From: Candidatus Saccharimonadota bacterium
GTDB lineage: Bacteria; Pseudomonadota; Gammaproteobacteria; Enterobacterales; Enterobacteriaceae
Reading direction: 5' to 3'
Assembly (NCBI GenBank): GCA_045690015.1
Contig: CP145877.1
Span: 425,793 to 457,792 of the forward strand
Length of the DNA stretch: 32,000 bases
The notes beneath the pieces were generated by a model. The model was not told the origin of the DNA. It worked only from the letters and a program-made list of their open reading frames with translations, and did no database searches. The translations under genes were made by a program, and so were the position numbers. Within the stretch, counting starts at the first letter, position 1, and the number at the start of each line of letters is the position of its first letter. Shown here piece by piece: positions 1 through 10,949 of this stretch.

Positions 1-2
1 GG

Positions 3-917
<915 letters not shown>

Positions 918-928
918 TAGTTTTTTAT

Positions 929-1001
929 GGGTCGTTAGCTTAGTTGGTAGAGCAGTGGACTCTTAATCCAACGGTCGGGGGTTCAAATCCCTCACGACCC
1001 A
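929..1001 (+). tRNA. tRNA-Lys, anticodon CUU, no genomically encoded CCA
   Basis: Hand-folded cloverleaf. Acceptor GGGTCGT/ACGACCC, D arm GCTT-AGTTGGTA-GAGC, anticodon arm GTGGA-CTCTTAA-TCCAA, variable CGGTC, T arm GGGGG-TTCAAAT-CCCTC, discriminator A at 1001. Backbone is near-identical to E. coli tRNA-Lys except anticodon CTT instead of TTT. Next bases are CAC, not CCA. Confidence 0.85.
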
Positions 1002-1026
1002 CACGATAGTCTTGTCTTTTTTAAAG

Positions 1027-1845
1027 TTATTTATTGTCTAATTCTTCATTCTTAATAGATTTTTGCATACATGCATATATAGCACAGATAACTGATGCTC
1101 GAAATCCTTTTTCTTCTAAAACTTTTATAGCTTCTATGGTTGTTCCGTTTGGCGAACAAATATTATCTTTTAGTTCTCCCGGATGTTTGCCAGTAGCTAA
1201 GATCATTTCAGCTGCTCCTTTTACAGCCTGTGCAGCAAATTGGTAAGCTTTTGCTCGTGACATACCTCCAAGAACTGCAGCGTCAGTCATGGCTTCAATA
1301 AACATATAAACATATGCTGGAGCTGAACTACTTATTCCTATGACGCTATGAATAAGATCTTCTGATACTACGGCAGTTTTTCCAACTAGATTAAAGATCT
1401 GGAGTACTTCTTTAAGTTCGTGTGGTGTTACTAATGTGTTGGGTGTAACTGAAGTCATACTTTCACCTACCAAAGCACTAGTATTTGGTATAATTCTTAG
1501 AATTTTACTTCTAGGTCCTAATACTTTTTTTAGTACCTCTAGTTTTATACCAGCGGCTAAAGAAATAACTAAGGTATTTTCATTCAAACAATAAAACTTA
1601 TCTTTCAGCACATTTAAAATAATATTTGATTTTACGGCAAGAAATAAAATCTCAGTATTTTTAATTAATTCCTCTTCACTAAAAGTCAAATTAATTCCAT
1701 ATTTTTGATTTAAAAATTTCATTTTGTCGTGATGACAATCGTAAACATAAATATTAATTGGCAGAATTAGTCCACTTTTAACGATACCAGCAATGAGTGT
1801 TTGTGCAATATTACCTGCACCAATAAAACCAAGTTTTTTGTTCAT
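1027..1845 (-). CDS. proC: pyrroline-5-carboxylate reductase
   Basis: Collinear with E. coli ProC (KIGFIGxGN Rossmann motif, SVTPNxLVTP, SSPAYVxMFIEAMxDAAVLGGM, CSPxGTTIEA). I prefer the second Met (MNKKLGFIGAGN, ATG at 1845-1843) because GAGGAG lies ~10 nt upstream and it matches the E. coli N-terminus. The ORF-track start at 1866 remains possible. Confidence 0.9.
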   Translation of the reverse strand: MNKKLGFIGAGNIAQTLIAGIVKSGLILPINIYVYDCHHDKMKFLNQKYGINLTFSEEELIKNTEILFLAVKSNIILNVLKDKFYCLNENTLVISLAAGIKLEVLKKVLGPRSKILRIIPNTSALVGESMTSVTPNTLVTPHELKEVLQIFNLVGKTAVVSEDLIHSVIGISSSAPAYVYMFIEAMTDAAVLGGMSRAKAYQFAAQAVKGAAEMILATGKHPGELKDNICSPNGTTIEAIKVLEEKGFRASVICAIYACMQKSIKNEELDNK

Positions 1846-1872
1846 TAAAAAAGCTCTCCTCTTCATTTAGAT

Positions 1873-2946
1873 TTATCTATCACTATCATTCACCGGAGAC
1901 TCATGCATCCAAACATTAAGTAATTTGTAAGAAATAGCCAGAACTACTGGTCCAATAAATAAACCAATCATACCAAAAGTAAATAATCCACCAATAACTC
2001 CACAAACAATCATAATAATTGGCAAATCAGCCCCCATACGAATCAATACTGGACGCAAAATATTATCTAAAGTCACAACAAGGCAGCTCCATATCATTAA
2101 TATGGTTGCAGAAGTATTTTCACCACGCCAGTAAAGCCAAAAAATAGCAGGTATTAATACTGGAAGTGTTCCCAGTTGCATCAAACAGAATAAAATTAAA
2201 ATTCCTGTTAATAATGCAGCATATGGAATTCCAGAAAATGCTAAACCTACACCTCCAAGTATTCCCTGCACTAAAGCTGTCACCGATACTCCTAATGCCA
2301 CAGCACGAATAGCTTTAGTAGCGAGTAACACAGCGGCTTCACCACGATGTGCAGCCAATCTCCAAGCAAAATGATGTACCCATTTTCCTATCTGTTCACC
2401 ACGCCAATAAAGTAATATGCTAAACAACAACATCAATCCCAAATGCAGTAAAACACGGGCAAAATGGGCTACTTGCAAGAAAATAAATGTTGTGGTTTTA
2501 CCAATATAAGGTTTAGCATATGTCATCATTGATGTACTATTTTCTCCTGCTAAAAGACTATTCCAGTTAGAATATAATTTCTCTCCAATAATAGGGATAT
2601 TATCAATAAAACGTAATTGAGGTAGTTTTATTTGCCCTAAAGTTAACGATTGAATTAATGGAATTATATTATCTATAAAACCAGCAAGTAGTAATGTGAT
2701 AGGTGTAATAAAAAGCAAAAATAACATTAGTATCATGATCAATATAGCCAATATTCGACTTCCCCAGAGTACATTCTGAAGTTTAATAAATAATGGCCAA
2801 GTTGCGATTACTACCATGGTCGCCCATGCAAAACCAGCGATAAAAGGCTGTATAACCCAAAAACAGGTGATAATTAGTATGATAATAAACATAAACAAGA
2901 ACAATAATTGTGGAATATCCACACGTTTTTGTGATAGATTTTTCAT
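1873..2946 (-). CDS. ydiK: AI-2E family (PerM/YdiK-type) inner-membrane transporter
   Basis: 357 aa polytopic membrane protein, collinear with E. coli YdiK (VIQPFIxGFAWA..VVIATWP, LLFSxLLYWRGEQ, AIRAVALGV.VTALVQ, LPVLIPAIxWLYW, LDNxxRPxLIRMGADLP). Confidence 0.85.
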   Translation of the reverse strand: MKNLSQKRVDIPQLLFLFMFIIILIITCFWVIQPFIAGFAWATMVVIATWPLFIKLQNVLWGSRILAILIMILMLFLLFITPITLLLAGFIDNIIPLIQSLTLGQIKLPQLRFIDNIPIIGEKLYSNWNSLLAGENSTSMMTYAKPYIGKTTTFIFLQVAHFARVLLHLGLMLLFSILLYWRGEQIGKWVHHFAWRLAAHRGEAAVLLATKAIRAVALGVSVTALVQGILGGVGLAFSGIPYAALLTGILILFCLMQLGTLPVLIPAIFWLYWRGENTSATILMIWSCLVVTLDNILRPVLIRMGADLPIIMIVCGVIGGLFTFGMIGLFIGPVVLAISYKLLNVWMHESPVNDSDR

Positions 2947-3082
2947 ACAAAAATATTTTTCCTCTGATAACGGATTTTTTTTAGTTGAGGAGAGTTAGGT
3001 TATTAACTATTTTTAATTCAAACATCATCTCATATAAGAAAGAGAGTAGGTGTTTTTTTATCTGAAGATCTTAGGATTTTTA

Positions 3083-3159
3083 TGGTACGTCCGAGTGGAT
3101 TTGAACCACTGACCAACACCATGTCAAGGTGCTACTCTAACCAACTGAGCTACGGACGC
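3083..3159 (-). tRNA. valV: tRNA-Val, anticodon GAC, CCA encoded
   Basis: Reverse complement folds as GCGTCCG-TA-GCTC-AGTTGGTTA-GAGT-A-GCACC-TTGACAT-GGTGT-TGGTC-AGTGG-TTCAAAT-CCACT-CGGACGT-A-CCA (77 nt). G1:U72 wobble at the top of the acceptor stem. It has the same position downstream of mdtK as valV/valW in E. coli (recalled from memory). Confidence 0.9.
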
Positions 3160-3210
3160 ATATATAATTAATTTATTTAAATTATATTAATATTAATCTT
3201 TTTAGTGATT

Positions 3211-4599
3211 TCAGTCATCTCCCCGCTGTAGAATCTCTTTGTCCGATAAACCTTGTAAGTGGCGGATTCGATATATCATCATAACTGCTGATGCAGTTAA
3301 GCCAATGATAAAACCTATCCAAAACCCAACCGGTCCTAAAGGATTAACTATCCAATTAGTTAATGCTAATATATATCCACATGGTAATCCAAGTAACCAA
3401 TAAGCGATAAAAGTAATTATCGAAATAGAACAGGTATCTCTATATCCACGTAATATACCAGTTCCAATAATCTGTACCGAATCAGAAATTTGATAGAAAG
3501 CTGCAAATAACATAAGCCTTGCTGCTAATTCAATTACTTGAGGATTATCATTATATAACCAAGCAATCTGTTGCCGATAAAGTGCCGTTAAAACAGCTGT
3601 AATAATAGCAATAGCAATTCCCGTATAATGAGCTGTTTTAGCGGATAAATGAGCGCTGCTAATAGAACCTCTACCAAGCTGAAAACTAACCCGAATAGTA
3701 GTAGCTATACTGAGTGAAAGTGGTAAAACAAAAACTAATCCACTAAAGTTCAATGCTATTTGATGACTAGCTACTGATATAATTCCCAAAGGAGAAATGA
3801 ATAAGGCTACCATAGTAAATAAAGTTACTTCAAAGAAAAAAGATAGAGCTATTGGTAATCCCAAGGTACTAAGTCTAGACATAACTGTCCAATCGGGCTT
3901 TAGCTTTAATAAATGCAACCACGTCATTCTTGTAATATTTTTCATGGGATGACTACTAAAACTGAACCAAACAATCATAGTTATAAACATAATCCAGTAA
4001 ACTAACGCTGTTGCTATAGCACATCCTACACCACCAATTGATGGTATACCAAACTTGCCATGAATAAAAATATAATTAACTGGAATATTAACCATTAAGC
4101 CTATAAAACCTATAACCATGCTGGGTTTAGTATTTGCAAGGCCTTCACATTGATTACGTAATACTTGTAAAAATAAACACCCCGGAACACCGTATAGCAT
4201 TGCATGTAAATAAAAACTAGTTTTTTTAGCTAGGTTATGGTCTAGATGGTGCATATGATAAATTAAATAACAAGCACTATGTAATACAAACATAATTACC
4301 AAAGATGTAATTATTGCTAACCAATAGGCCTGACATATATAATAAGGAATACGATCAGATTTACCTGATCCGTTTAGTTGAGCTACCACTGGGGTTAATG
4401 CCATAATTAAACCATAGCCAAATAAAATTACAGGTAACCATATAGAAGTTCCTATAGCTACTGCAGCCATATCAATCGCGCTTATCGATCCAGCCATAAT
4501 TGTATTAATGATGCTTATCGTAGTTTGTGCTATTTGTGCTAAAATTACTGGAGCTGCCAGAGTTAATAGTTGACGCGCTTCAACTAAATATTTATGCAC
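3211..4599 (-). CDS. mdtK: MATE-family multidrug efflux transporter (MdtK/NorM)
   Basis: 462 aa, collinear with E. coli MdtK ([13 protein letters not shown], [14 protein letters not shown], [12 protein letters not shown], GGVGCxxATAxVYW, LGLPIAL..FFEVTLF, ILRGYxDT). GTG start at 4599-4597 with AAGGA 9 nt upstream. Confidence 0.92.
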   Translation of the reverse strand: MHKYLVEARQLLTLAAPVILAQIAQTTISIINTIMAGSISAIDMAAVAIGTSIWLPVILFGYGLIMALTPVVAQLNGSGKSDRIPYYICQAYWLAIITSLVIMFVLHSACYLIYHMHHLDHNLAKKTSFYLHAMLYGVPGCLFLQVLRNQCEGLANTKPSMVIGFIGLMVNIPVNYIFIHGKFGIPSIGGVGCAIATALVYWIMFITMIVWFSFSSHPMKNITRMTWLHLLKLKPDWTVMSRLSTLGLPIALSFFFEVTLFTMVALFISPLGIISVASHQIALNFSGLVFVLPLSLSIATTIRVSFQLGRGSISSAHLSAKTAHYTGIAIAIITAVLTALYRQQIAWLYNDNPQVIELAARLMLFAAFYQISDSVQIIGTGILRGYRDTCSISIITFIAYWLLGLPCGYILALTNWIVNPLGPVGFWIGFIIGLTASAVMMIYRIRHLQGLSDKEILQRGDD

Positions 4600-4785
4600 T
4601 TATTTTATCCTTTAAGTTGTAAGATATTTAGTTGTCAAAACATAACATATAATTAGAATAATTAAAATTCTATTTGTAGTAATTGTATAAAGTATAGCAA
4701 GAGTGTTAAAATTAGGCAGATTTATTATTAGGTGAAATACTCATCACATCATACTAAGATGATTAAATTTAAATAAGGACTTGTC

Positions 4786-5145
4786 ATGGATACTATTAAA
4801 AAAATTGAACGTCAAATTGCTGACAATCCTATTCTTCTTTTTATGAAAGGTTCGCCACAAAATCCATCCTGTGGATTTTCTGCACAGACTGTACAGGTAT
4901 TATTAACTTGTGGAGAACCTTTTACTTATGTAGATATTTTAAAATTTCCTGAGATTCGTACGGAGTTGCCTAAATATGCTAATTGGCCAACCTTTCCTCA
5001 ACTATGGGTTGAAGGAAAACTCATTGGCGGTTGTGATATTATCTTTGAAATGTTTCAGCGTGGTGAATTACAAATGCTCATAAAAAAAACCGCTGATAAA
5101 TATCGAAATCATTATTATGAAAAAACTATTTCTGAGGCTAAATAA
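4786..5145 (+). CDS. grxD: monothiol glutaredoxin (Grx4 type)
   Basis: 119 aa with the diagnostic CGFS active site in LFMKGSPQNPSCGFS and WPTFPQLWVxGxLIGGCDI. AAGGA lies 6 nt upstream of the ATG. Confidence 0.93.
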   Translation: MDTIKKIERQIADNPILLFMKGSPQNPSCGFSAQTVQVLLTCGEPFTYVDILKFPEIRTELPKYANWPTFPQLWVEGKLIGGCDIIFEMFQRGELQMLIKKTADKYRNHYYEKTISEAK

Positions 5146-5287
5146 ATTGGTTAAAATCAAATTAAAAACCAGACCGACCAATTGCCTACTTTTTGGGGAT
5201 AATTTCGAATCTAGTAAGTCAAGGAGGTAAAAATCGTTTACATGAGAGTTTCTTTTTTAATCGAATCGACTTGCCCCATAAAAATTA

Positions 5288-6580
5288 ATGACTATGAGCA
5301 TAATTATTAATCAGTTAAAACAACGAAGCCTTATCTCTCAAATAACTGATGAGATAGCTTTAAAAAAAAGACTTATACAACAAGAAAGGGGTATTATACT
5401 TTATTGTGGATTCGATCCCACAGCTGATAGCTTACATTTAGGACATCTTATCCCACTACTTTGTTTAAAAAGATTTCAGAATGCTGGTCATAAACCTATT
5501 GCACTTATAGGTGGAGCAACAGGTTTAATTGGAGATCCGAGTTTTAAACAAACTGAACGCCAACTTAATACTACAGAAATAGTTATCCAATGGGTTAAGA
5601 AGATTAGTAAACAACTGGAATTATTTCTGGATTTTAATTGTGGCAAAAATAGTGCAATTATAGTAAATAATTATACTTGGCTTGGAAAAATGAAGATGAT
5701 AGATTTTTTACGTATAATTGGGAAACATTTTACCATTAATCAATTAATTCATAAAGAATCCGTAAAACAACGTTTTAACCGTGATGATTTAGGACTTTCC
5801 TTTACCGAGTTTGCTTATAATTTATTACAAAGTTATGACTTTGCCTATCTCAATGCTCAGTATGGTGTAGAATTACAAATAGGTGGATCAGATCAGTGGG
5901 GTAATATTACTTCTGGAATTGATTTAACTCGTCGCTTATATCAAAAAAAAGTTTTCGGTCTTACTCTTCCTCTTATTACCAAAAAAGATGGAAGAAAATT
6001 TGGTAAAACTGAGGAGGATATCATATGGTTAGATGCTCAAAAAACTAGTCCTTATAAATTTTATCAGTTTTGGCGCAACACCGCAGATACCGATGTATAT
6101 CGATTATTAAAATTATTTACTTTTATGGACATCAATACCATTGATAGATTACAAAAAGAAGATAAAAATAGTGCTGAAAAACCTCAAGCACAAATGATAT
6201 TAGCAGAAGAGGTAACACGCTTGGTACATGGCATGACAGGACTATCAGCAGCTAAACGTATAACACAATTTTTGTTTTCTTCAGATAATATAGTAAGTAA
6301 TCTGACTGAAACCGATTTCAGTCAGTTGGCACAAGACGGGATCCCAACTATTGAAATGGAAATGGAAAATCCCGTGGATTTGCCGCAAGTACTAGTAAAA
6401 GCTAACTTAGCACCATCACGTACTAAAGCACGAGATCTTGTTGATGCTAGAGCTATAACTATTAATGATCAAATACAATCTGATCCGGCATACCAATTTG
6501 GTAATTTAGATAAGCTTTACGGACGTTATACATTATTACGACGTGGAAAAAAGCACTATTGTTTAATCTATTGGAAATAA
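5288..6580 (+). CDS. tyrS: tyrosyl-tRNA synthetase
   Basis: 430 aa, collinear with E. coli TyrRS. HIGH-type motif (DSLHLGHL), KMSKS-type motif (KFGKT), C-terminal S4-like domain ending RRGKKxYCLIxWK. Confidence 0.96.
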   Translation: MTMSIIINQLKQRSLISQITDEIALKKRLIQQERGIILYCGFDPTADSLHLGHLIPLLCLKRFQNAGHKPIALIGGATGLIGDPSFKQTERQLNTTEIVIQWVKKISKQLELFLDFNCGKNSAIIVNNYTWLGKMKMIDFLRIIGKHFTINQLIHKESVKQRFNRDDLGLSFTEFAYNLLQSYDFAYLNAQYGVELQIGGSDQWGNITSGIDLTRRLYQKKVFGLTLPLITKKDGRKFGKTEEDIIWLDAQKTSPYKFYQFWRNTADTDVYRLLKLFTFMDINTIDRLQKEDKNSAEKPQAQMILAEEVTRLVHGMTGLSAAKRITQFLFSSDNIVSNLTETDFSQLAQDGIPTIEMEMENPVDLPQVLVKANLAPSRTKARDLVDARAITINDQIQSDPAYQFGNLDKLYGRYTLLRRGKKHYCLIYWK

Positions 6581-6614
6581 ATAATTAACCGATTGCAATT
6601 AGTTTATGGTAAAA

Positions 6615-8087
6615 TTATAGTAATGGACTAAAAAAATAAAATAATTGTTCAAGAATACGTTGCCAATAAGGTCTACGTAACCAGCTCTTAACATCTATCC
6701 GTCGTGAACTAGTAAGATAATTTTCTTGTATAAAAGATAAATCATTACCAAAGTTATTATCATCAATGACAAGTGTAATTTCAAAATTCAGCCATAAACT
6801 ACGCATATCAAAATTAACCGTACCAATTAAACTTAATTGTCCATCAATCTGTACGCTTTTTGTATGTAATAAACCTCCTTCGAATTGATAAATCTTAACT
6901 CCAGCTTCTAATAACTCAGTAAAGAAAGCACGACTAGCCCAATCTACTAATATTGAATCATTACAGTATGGTATAATAATACTTACGTCAACTCCACGTT
7001 GAGATGCAATACATAGTGCATGAAGTAAATCCTCACTTGGTACGAAATAAGGAGTAGTCATAATAATAGCATGACGTGCAGAAAAAATAGCAGTTAGTAA
7101 GGCCTTATGAATCATATAATCAGGGTAATCGGGTCCTGAGGCAATTACGTGAATAGCATGTTCACTTGGTGGTGATGAAGAATAAAAAATACTCTTGTGA
7201 ATGTCAAGATCAAGGTGGGATGGTAAAATACGGTTACCAGTTTCTAATTCCCAGTCACAAGAGTAAATAATTCCCATCATATTTGTAATCGGGCCTTCCA
7301 TACGTACCATTAAATCAATCCATTGACCAACTTTAGCTTTTTGTTTAAAAAACCGTGGATCTACTAAATTCATGCTACCTGTATAAGCGATATAATTATC
7401 AATTAACACCATTTTTCGATGCTGGCGTAAATCTAAACGGCGGAAAAAAATCCGCAATAAACTTACGCGTAAAGCTTCAACAATTTCAATACCTGCATTA
7501 CGCATTACAGATACCAAGGAACTCTGAAAAAAGCTTCTACTACCAGCGGAATCCAACATTAATCTACAATGTACTCCTCGCTTAGCTGCCATTATAAGTG
7601 CATCTGCGACTGTATTAGTAATTCCTCCGGGTTGCCAAATGTAGAAAACAATTTGAATATTATTACGAGCTAATTGAATATCCTGAATAATAGATTCAAC
7701 GATATCATCGGTACTTGTTAATAAATTTAACTTATTAGCTTTAAGACCAGCAATTCCTTGGCGTAATTCGCAAAGTTGAAATAATTGATGTGCCACTTCA
7801 CTATTTTTAAGAGCAAAAAAATTTTTGTAATTTTTAAATTCTTTTATCCATTGAGTAATTGAAGGTAATATAATTTGTGCTCGTTTTGCTCTTCGTTTTC
7901 CTAAATATAGTTCCTCTAAAGTAAAATAAGCAATAATTCCTATAAAAGGAATAATATAGATTATTAATAACCAAGCAAGAGAAGATGATACTGTTCTACG
8001 TTTCATTAATATTCTAAATACTGCAGTACCAATTAATAACCCGTATAATAAAAGTATGAGCCTGCTGATGAAGGAGTGATCATTCAT
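6615..8087 (-). CDS. clsA: cardiolipin synthase A
   Basis: 490 aa, collinear with E. coli ClsA. Two N-terminal TM helices, two PLD HKD motifs (QHRKMxxID and LHTKSV), C-terminus LFYFFSPLL identical to E. coli. Confidence 0.94.
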   Translation of the reverse strand: MNDHSFISRLILLLYGLLIGTAVFRILMKRRTVSSSLAWLLIIYIIPFIGIIAYFTLEELYLGKRRAKRAQIILPSITQWIKEFKNYKNFFALKNSEVAHQLFQLCELRQGIAGLKANKLNLLTSTDDIVESIIQDIQLARNNIQIVFYIWQPGGITNTVADALIMAAKRGVHCRLMLDSAGSRSFFQSSLVSVMRNAGIEIVEALRVSLLRIFFRRLDLRQHRKMVLIDNYIAYTGSMNLVDPRFFKQKAKVGQWIDLMVRMEGPITNMMGIIYSCDWELETGNRILPSHLDLDIHKSIFYSSSPPSEHAIHVIASGPDYPDYMIHKALLTAIFSARHAIIMTTPYFVPSEDLLHALCIASQRGVDVSIIIPYCNDSILVDWASRAFFTELLEAGVKIYQFEGGLLHTKSVQIDGQLSLIGTVNFDMRSLWLNFEITLVIDDNNFGNDLSFIQENYLTSSRRIDVKSWLRRPYWQRILEQLFYFFSPLL

Positions 8088-8143
8088 GTACTCATCAGTC
8101 CTATTTTATTTGCTCTACTTTATAGAAATGTTTATTGATAATT

Positions 8144-8893
8144 TTAGCGACACAACATATAAATTCTATATAAATAGATAGTTAATACCGCATTAATCAG
8201 ATAAGAAATAATATTTAAGATTATTATTGATATAGTCATAAAAAATAAATGGGTTACAAAGACCGAAAAGATCAATACTAAATATTTTCCGAATATCCAT
8301 AAACTCATGGCAGGAATTACGAGTGTATTATATTTCCATACTATATGAGTACTAATACGCATAGCATCTAATATACTAGTTTTTTCATTCATCATAATAA
8401 TTGGAGATAATGATAGTAAGATAGTTAAGACTATTCCTGGAAAAATTAATATTATTAATCCCAATTGGTTTAATAAGGTTATCATGAATGTTAATAGTAG
8501 TAATCTCGGAAATTCTAATACTGATTTTTCTAAAGCTAGAAATATATTACCTGGTTTGCCTGATGAAACCATCATTGTCAAATTAAGAATTCCACCCAAC
8601 ATCAATGTATGTCCTAATAAGGTGATGAAAAATTTAATTCCAGAAATATATAATAGCAATATCAATTGTTCCGACGACATTTTTTGTATTATTGCAAATA
8701 AACTTTTTTCTAAATCTTTGGAATCAGTAGTTCCAAATAGAAATTGTATCTGCTCACTATAAGAAGGTAATAGAATACTGTTTATTATAACTGTAATAGA
8801 AGATATTAATATCGCGAATAAAATGATATTCATACCTTGATGACAACAAAAATTGACGGTGTCACGAGATAAAGATCTTACGGTGATAGACAT
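8144..8893 (-). CDS. yciC: UPF0259 family inner-membrane protein YciC
   Basis: 249 aa polytopic membrane protein. The N-terminus MSITVRSLSRDTVNF and C-terminus AVLTIYLYRIYMLCR match my recollection of E. coli YciC (MSITAQSVYRDTGNFF... LLIYLFRLYMLIRQ). Function unknown. Confidence 0.78.
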   Translation of the reverse strand: MSITVRSLSRDTVNFCCHQGMNIILFAILISSITVIINSILLPSYSEQIQFLFGTTDSKDLEKSLFAIIQKMSSEQLILLLYISGIKFFITLLGHTLMLGGILNLTMMVSSGKPGNIFLALEKSVLEFPRLLLLTFMITLLNQLGLIILIFPGIVLTILLSLSPIIMMNEKTSILDAMRISTHIVWKYNTLVIPAMSLWIFGKYLVLIFSVFVTHLFFMTISIIILNIISYLINAVLTIYLYRIYMLCR

Positions 8894-9078
8894 AGTAGTT
8901 AGTAATATCCCCTTTTATATCGTTGTATGAGATAATAAAATAATATATCATAAACTTTGAGTATCAATAATTACATAAATGAAAACTAGTTATTATTGTA
9001 TTGATTTTTACTCATGCTTATTATGAGGAAAATTAAAATATAGTAAATTTTTAAATAAAAAGTACCAAGGAGTGTTTT

Positions 9079-10098
9079 GTGAAACCAATTTTAATTTATG
9101 GATTATTTTTATTTAAAATGTTTACTAGCATCATGGTTATTGCCATTATAATCTTACTTTTTGTAATAAGAAAATTTATTAAACGTAAACAACTACAAAA
9201 TGGTCATTTGCAATTAATACATTTAGGTAAAAAATATCGTGAAATGAAAAATGATATGCTATTAGCAATATCACATCATAAACATGATCGATGGAAAAAG
9301 GTAAAAGATAAATTATCAATCTTAAAGTATTGCAGTAGAAAGCAAGAATTAAACCAACATCAATATAAGATTTATGTGATTGATTTTAAAGGAAGTATGG
9401 ATGCAAAAGAAGTTCATTGTTTAAGGGAAGAAATTTCAGCTATATTGCTAGTTGCCACAAATAATGATCAAGTTTTATTACGATTAGAAAGTGCTGGTGG
9501 TTTAGTACATAGCTATGGATTAGCTGCCTCACAACTCCAGCGTTTACGTAATAAAGGAATTTTTTTAACTGTAGCAGTTGATAAAATTGCAGCCAGTGGT
9601 GGTTATATGATGGCCTGTGTAGCTAATCATATTATCGCTGCTCCATTTGCAGTAATTGGTTCAATTGGCGTAGTTGCACAGATCCCTAATTTTCATCGAT
9701 TATTAAAACGTAATGACATTGATATTGAACTTCATACTGCGGGTGAATATAAACGCACTTTAACTTTATTTGGAGAAAATAATGATCGTGGTCGTCAAAA
9801 ACTAATAGAAGAATTACAAGCTACACATCAGTTATTTAAAAATTTTATTCATGATATGCGTCCTACACTAGATATTGATAGCGTTGCAACAGGAGAACAC
9901 TGGTTCGGAACTCAGGCTCTAGAAAAAAATCTGATTGATGAAATTGGTACAAGTGATGAATTTATTCTGCAAAAAAAAGATCAGTATGAATTAATTGCAG
10001 TTCGTTATTATGTATATTCAAAAACCAAATGGTTTGAGAATATATTGAACATAATATATCAACGTGTCGAATCCTTACTATTAAAAATTCTCTTCTAA
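9079..10098 (+). CDS. sohB: S49-family inner-membrane peptidase SohB
   Basis: 339 aa, collinear with E. coli SohB (DFKGSMDAxEVxxLREEI, LRLESxGGxVHxYGLAASQLQRLR, AASGGYMMACVA, GSIGVVAQxPNF, DIDIELHTAGxYKRTLT). GTG start with AAGGAG 6 nt upstream. Confidence 0.9.
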   Translation: MKPILIYGLFLFKMFTSIMVIAIIILLFVIRKFIKRKQLQNGHLQLIHLGKKYREMKNDMLLAISHHKHDRWKKVKDKLSILKYCSRKQELNQHQYKIYVIDFKGSMDAKEVHCLREEISAILLVATNNDQVLLRLESAGGLVHSYGLAASQLQRLRNKGIFLTVAVDKIAASGGYMMACVANHIIAAPFAVIGSIGVVAQIPNFHRLLKRNDIDIELHTAGEYKRTLTLFGENNDRGRQKLIEELQATHQLFKNFIHDMRPTLDIDSVATGEHWFGTQALEKNLIDEIGTSDEFILQKKDQYELIAVRYYVYSKTKWFENILNIIYQRVESLLLKILF

Positions 10099-10223
10099 TT
10101 TAATTGTATTGATTTTCTCGTTAAAAAACTAGCATCTAGCATGATGCCATGCAGCGAAGCGAAAATTTATTAGTTGATAATTAAAATCTATGTTAATTTA
10201 AATAAAAAATTGGTTCCGATTGT

Positions 10224-10937
10224 ATGTTTAATTCTCCTTTAATATTAGCGCTTGACTATCCAAATCGTAATCGCGTTATGGAGTTAGTTGATAATATAGA
10301 TCCTTCATGGTGTCGTCTTAAAGTAGGTAAAGAATTATTTACCTTACTAGGACCACAAATTGTGCGTGACTTGCAAAAAAGAGGATTTGAAGTCTTTCTA
10401 GATCTTAAATTTCACGATATTCCTAATACAGTTGCACATGCAGTTGCTATTACTGCAGAAATGGGCGTATGGATGACAAATGTTCATGCAAGTGGAGGAG
10501 CAAAAATGATGAGTGCCGCACATGAGGCCTTATTATCTTTCGGTAAAGAAGCTCCATTATTACTTGCTGTTACCATGCTGACAAGCATAAATGAACAGGA
10601 TTTATATGATCTGGGTTTTACTTGTTCACTCTCAGAACAAATTAGAAGATTAGCACGCTTAACATATAATTGTGGTCTTGATGGTATTGTCTGTTCGGCA
10701 CAAAATGCGGTACAAGTGAAATGGGATATTGATCACAAATTAATTGTAGTATCACCAGGTATAAGATATGATAAAAATTGCAATAATGATCATCAAAGTA
10801 TTATGAGACCATATGAAGCACTATGTGCTGGCGCTGATTATATCGTAATAGGACGTCCTATTACACACTCTCTAAATCCAGTCAAAACTATAAATGAAAT
10901 TTATACTTCACTTATTTCTAATCAAAATAATAGATGA
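10224..10937 (+). CDS. pyrF: orotidine-5'-phosphate decarboxylase
   Basis: 237 aa, collinear with E. coli PyrF (ALDY, [11 protein letters not shown], [20 protein letters not shown], DYxVIGRPxT). Confidence 0.94.
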   Translation: MFNSPLILALDYPNRNRVMELVDNIDPSWCRLKVGKELFTLLGPQIVRDLQKRGFEVFLDLKFHDIPNTVAHAVAITAEMGVWMTNVHASGGAKMMSAAHEALLSFGKEAPLLLAVTMLTSINEQDLYDLGFTCSLSEQIRRLARLTYNCGLDGIVCSAQNAVQVKWDIDHKLIVVSPGIRYDKNCNNDHQSIMRPYEALCAGADYIVIGRPITHSLNPVKTINEIYTSLISNQNNR

Positions 10938-10949
10938 TAAATTACTGTC

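Noticed and set aside
1034-2998. Plus-strand ORFs at 1034-1246 (70 aa) and 2816-2998 (60 aa).
   Set aside because: These are antisense shadow ORFs inside proC and the ydiK 5' end. The translations are low-complexity, with no SD and no recognisable family, and the opposite strand carries a strongly conserved gene.
3061-3082. AAGATCTT and other 8-bp palindromes (also AAGGCCTT near 20523 and ATTGCAAT near 6594).
   Set aside because: These short self-complementary octamers cannot form hairpins because they have no loop. They are expected by chance, and there is no evidence of function.
4632-4659. Sigma-70-like promoter TTGTCA-16 nt-TAGAAT upstream of grxD, and similar hexamer pairs in other spacers.
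   Set aside because: In spacers this AT-rich, TATAAT- and TTGACA-like hexamers occur by chance many times. Without 5'-end data none can be singled out.
5146-5195. AATTGGT...ACCAATT inverted repeat followed by CTACTTTTT as the grxD terminator.
   Set aside because: It has a 7-bp A/T-rich stem with a ~25-nt loop and a poor U-tract. This is too weak to call.
5273-5280. CCCCATAA immediately upstream of tyrS as a heat-shock -10.
   Set aside because: It ends only 7 nt before the ATG, has no -35 partner, and tyrS is not a heat-shock gene. It is coincidental.
7355-8762. Plus-strand ORFs at 7355-7585 (76 aa) and 8484-8762 (92 aa).
   Set aside because: These are antisense to clsA and yciC. They are typical stop-poor reverse frames of AT-rich genes.
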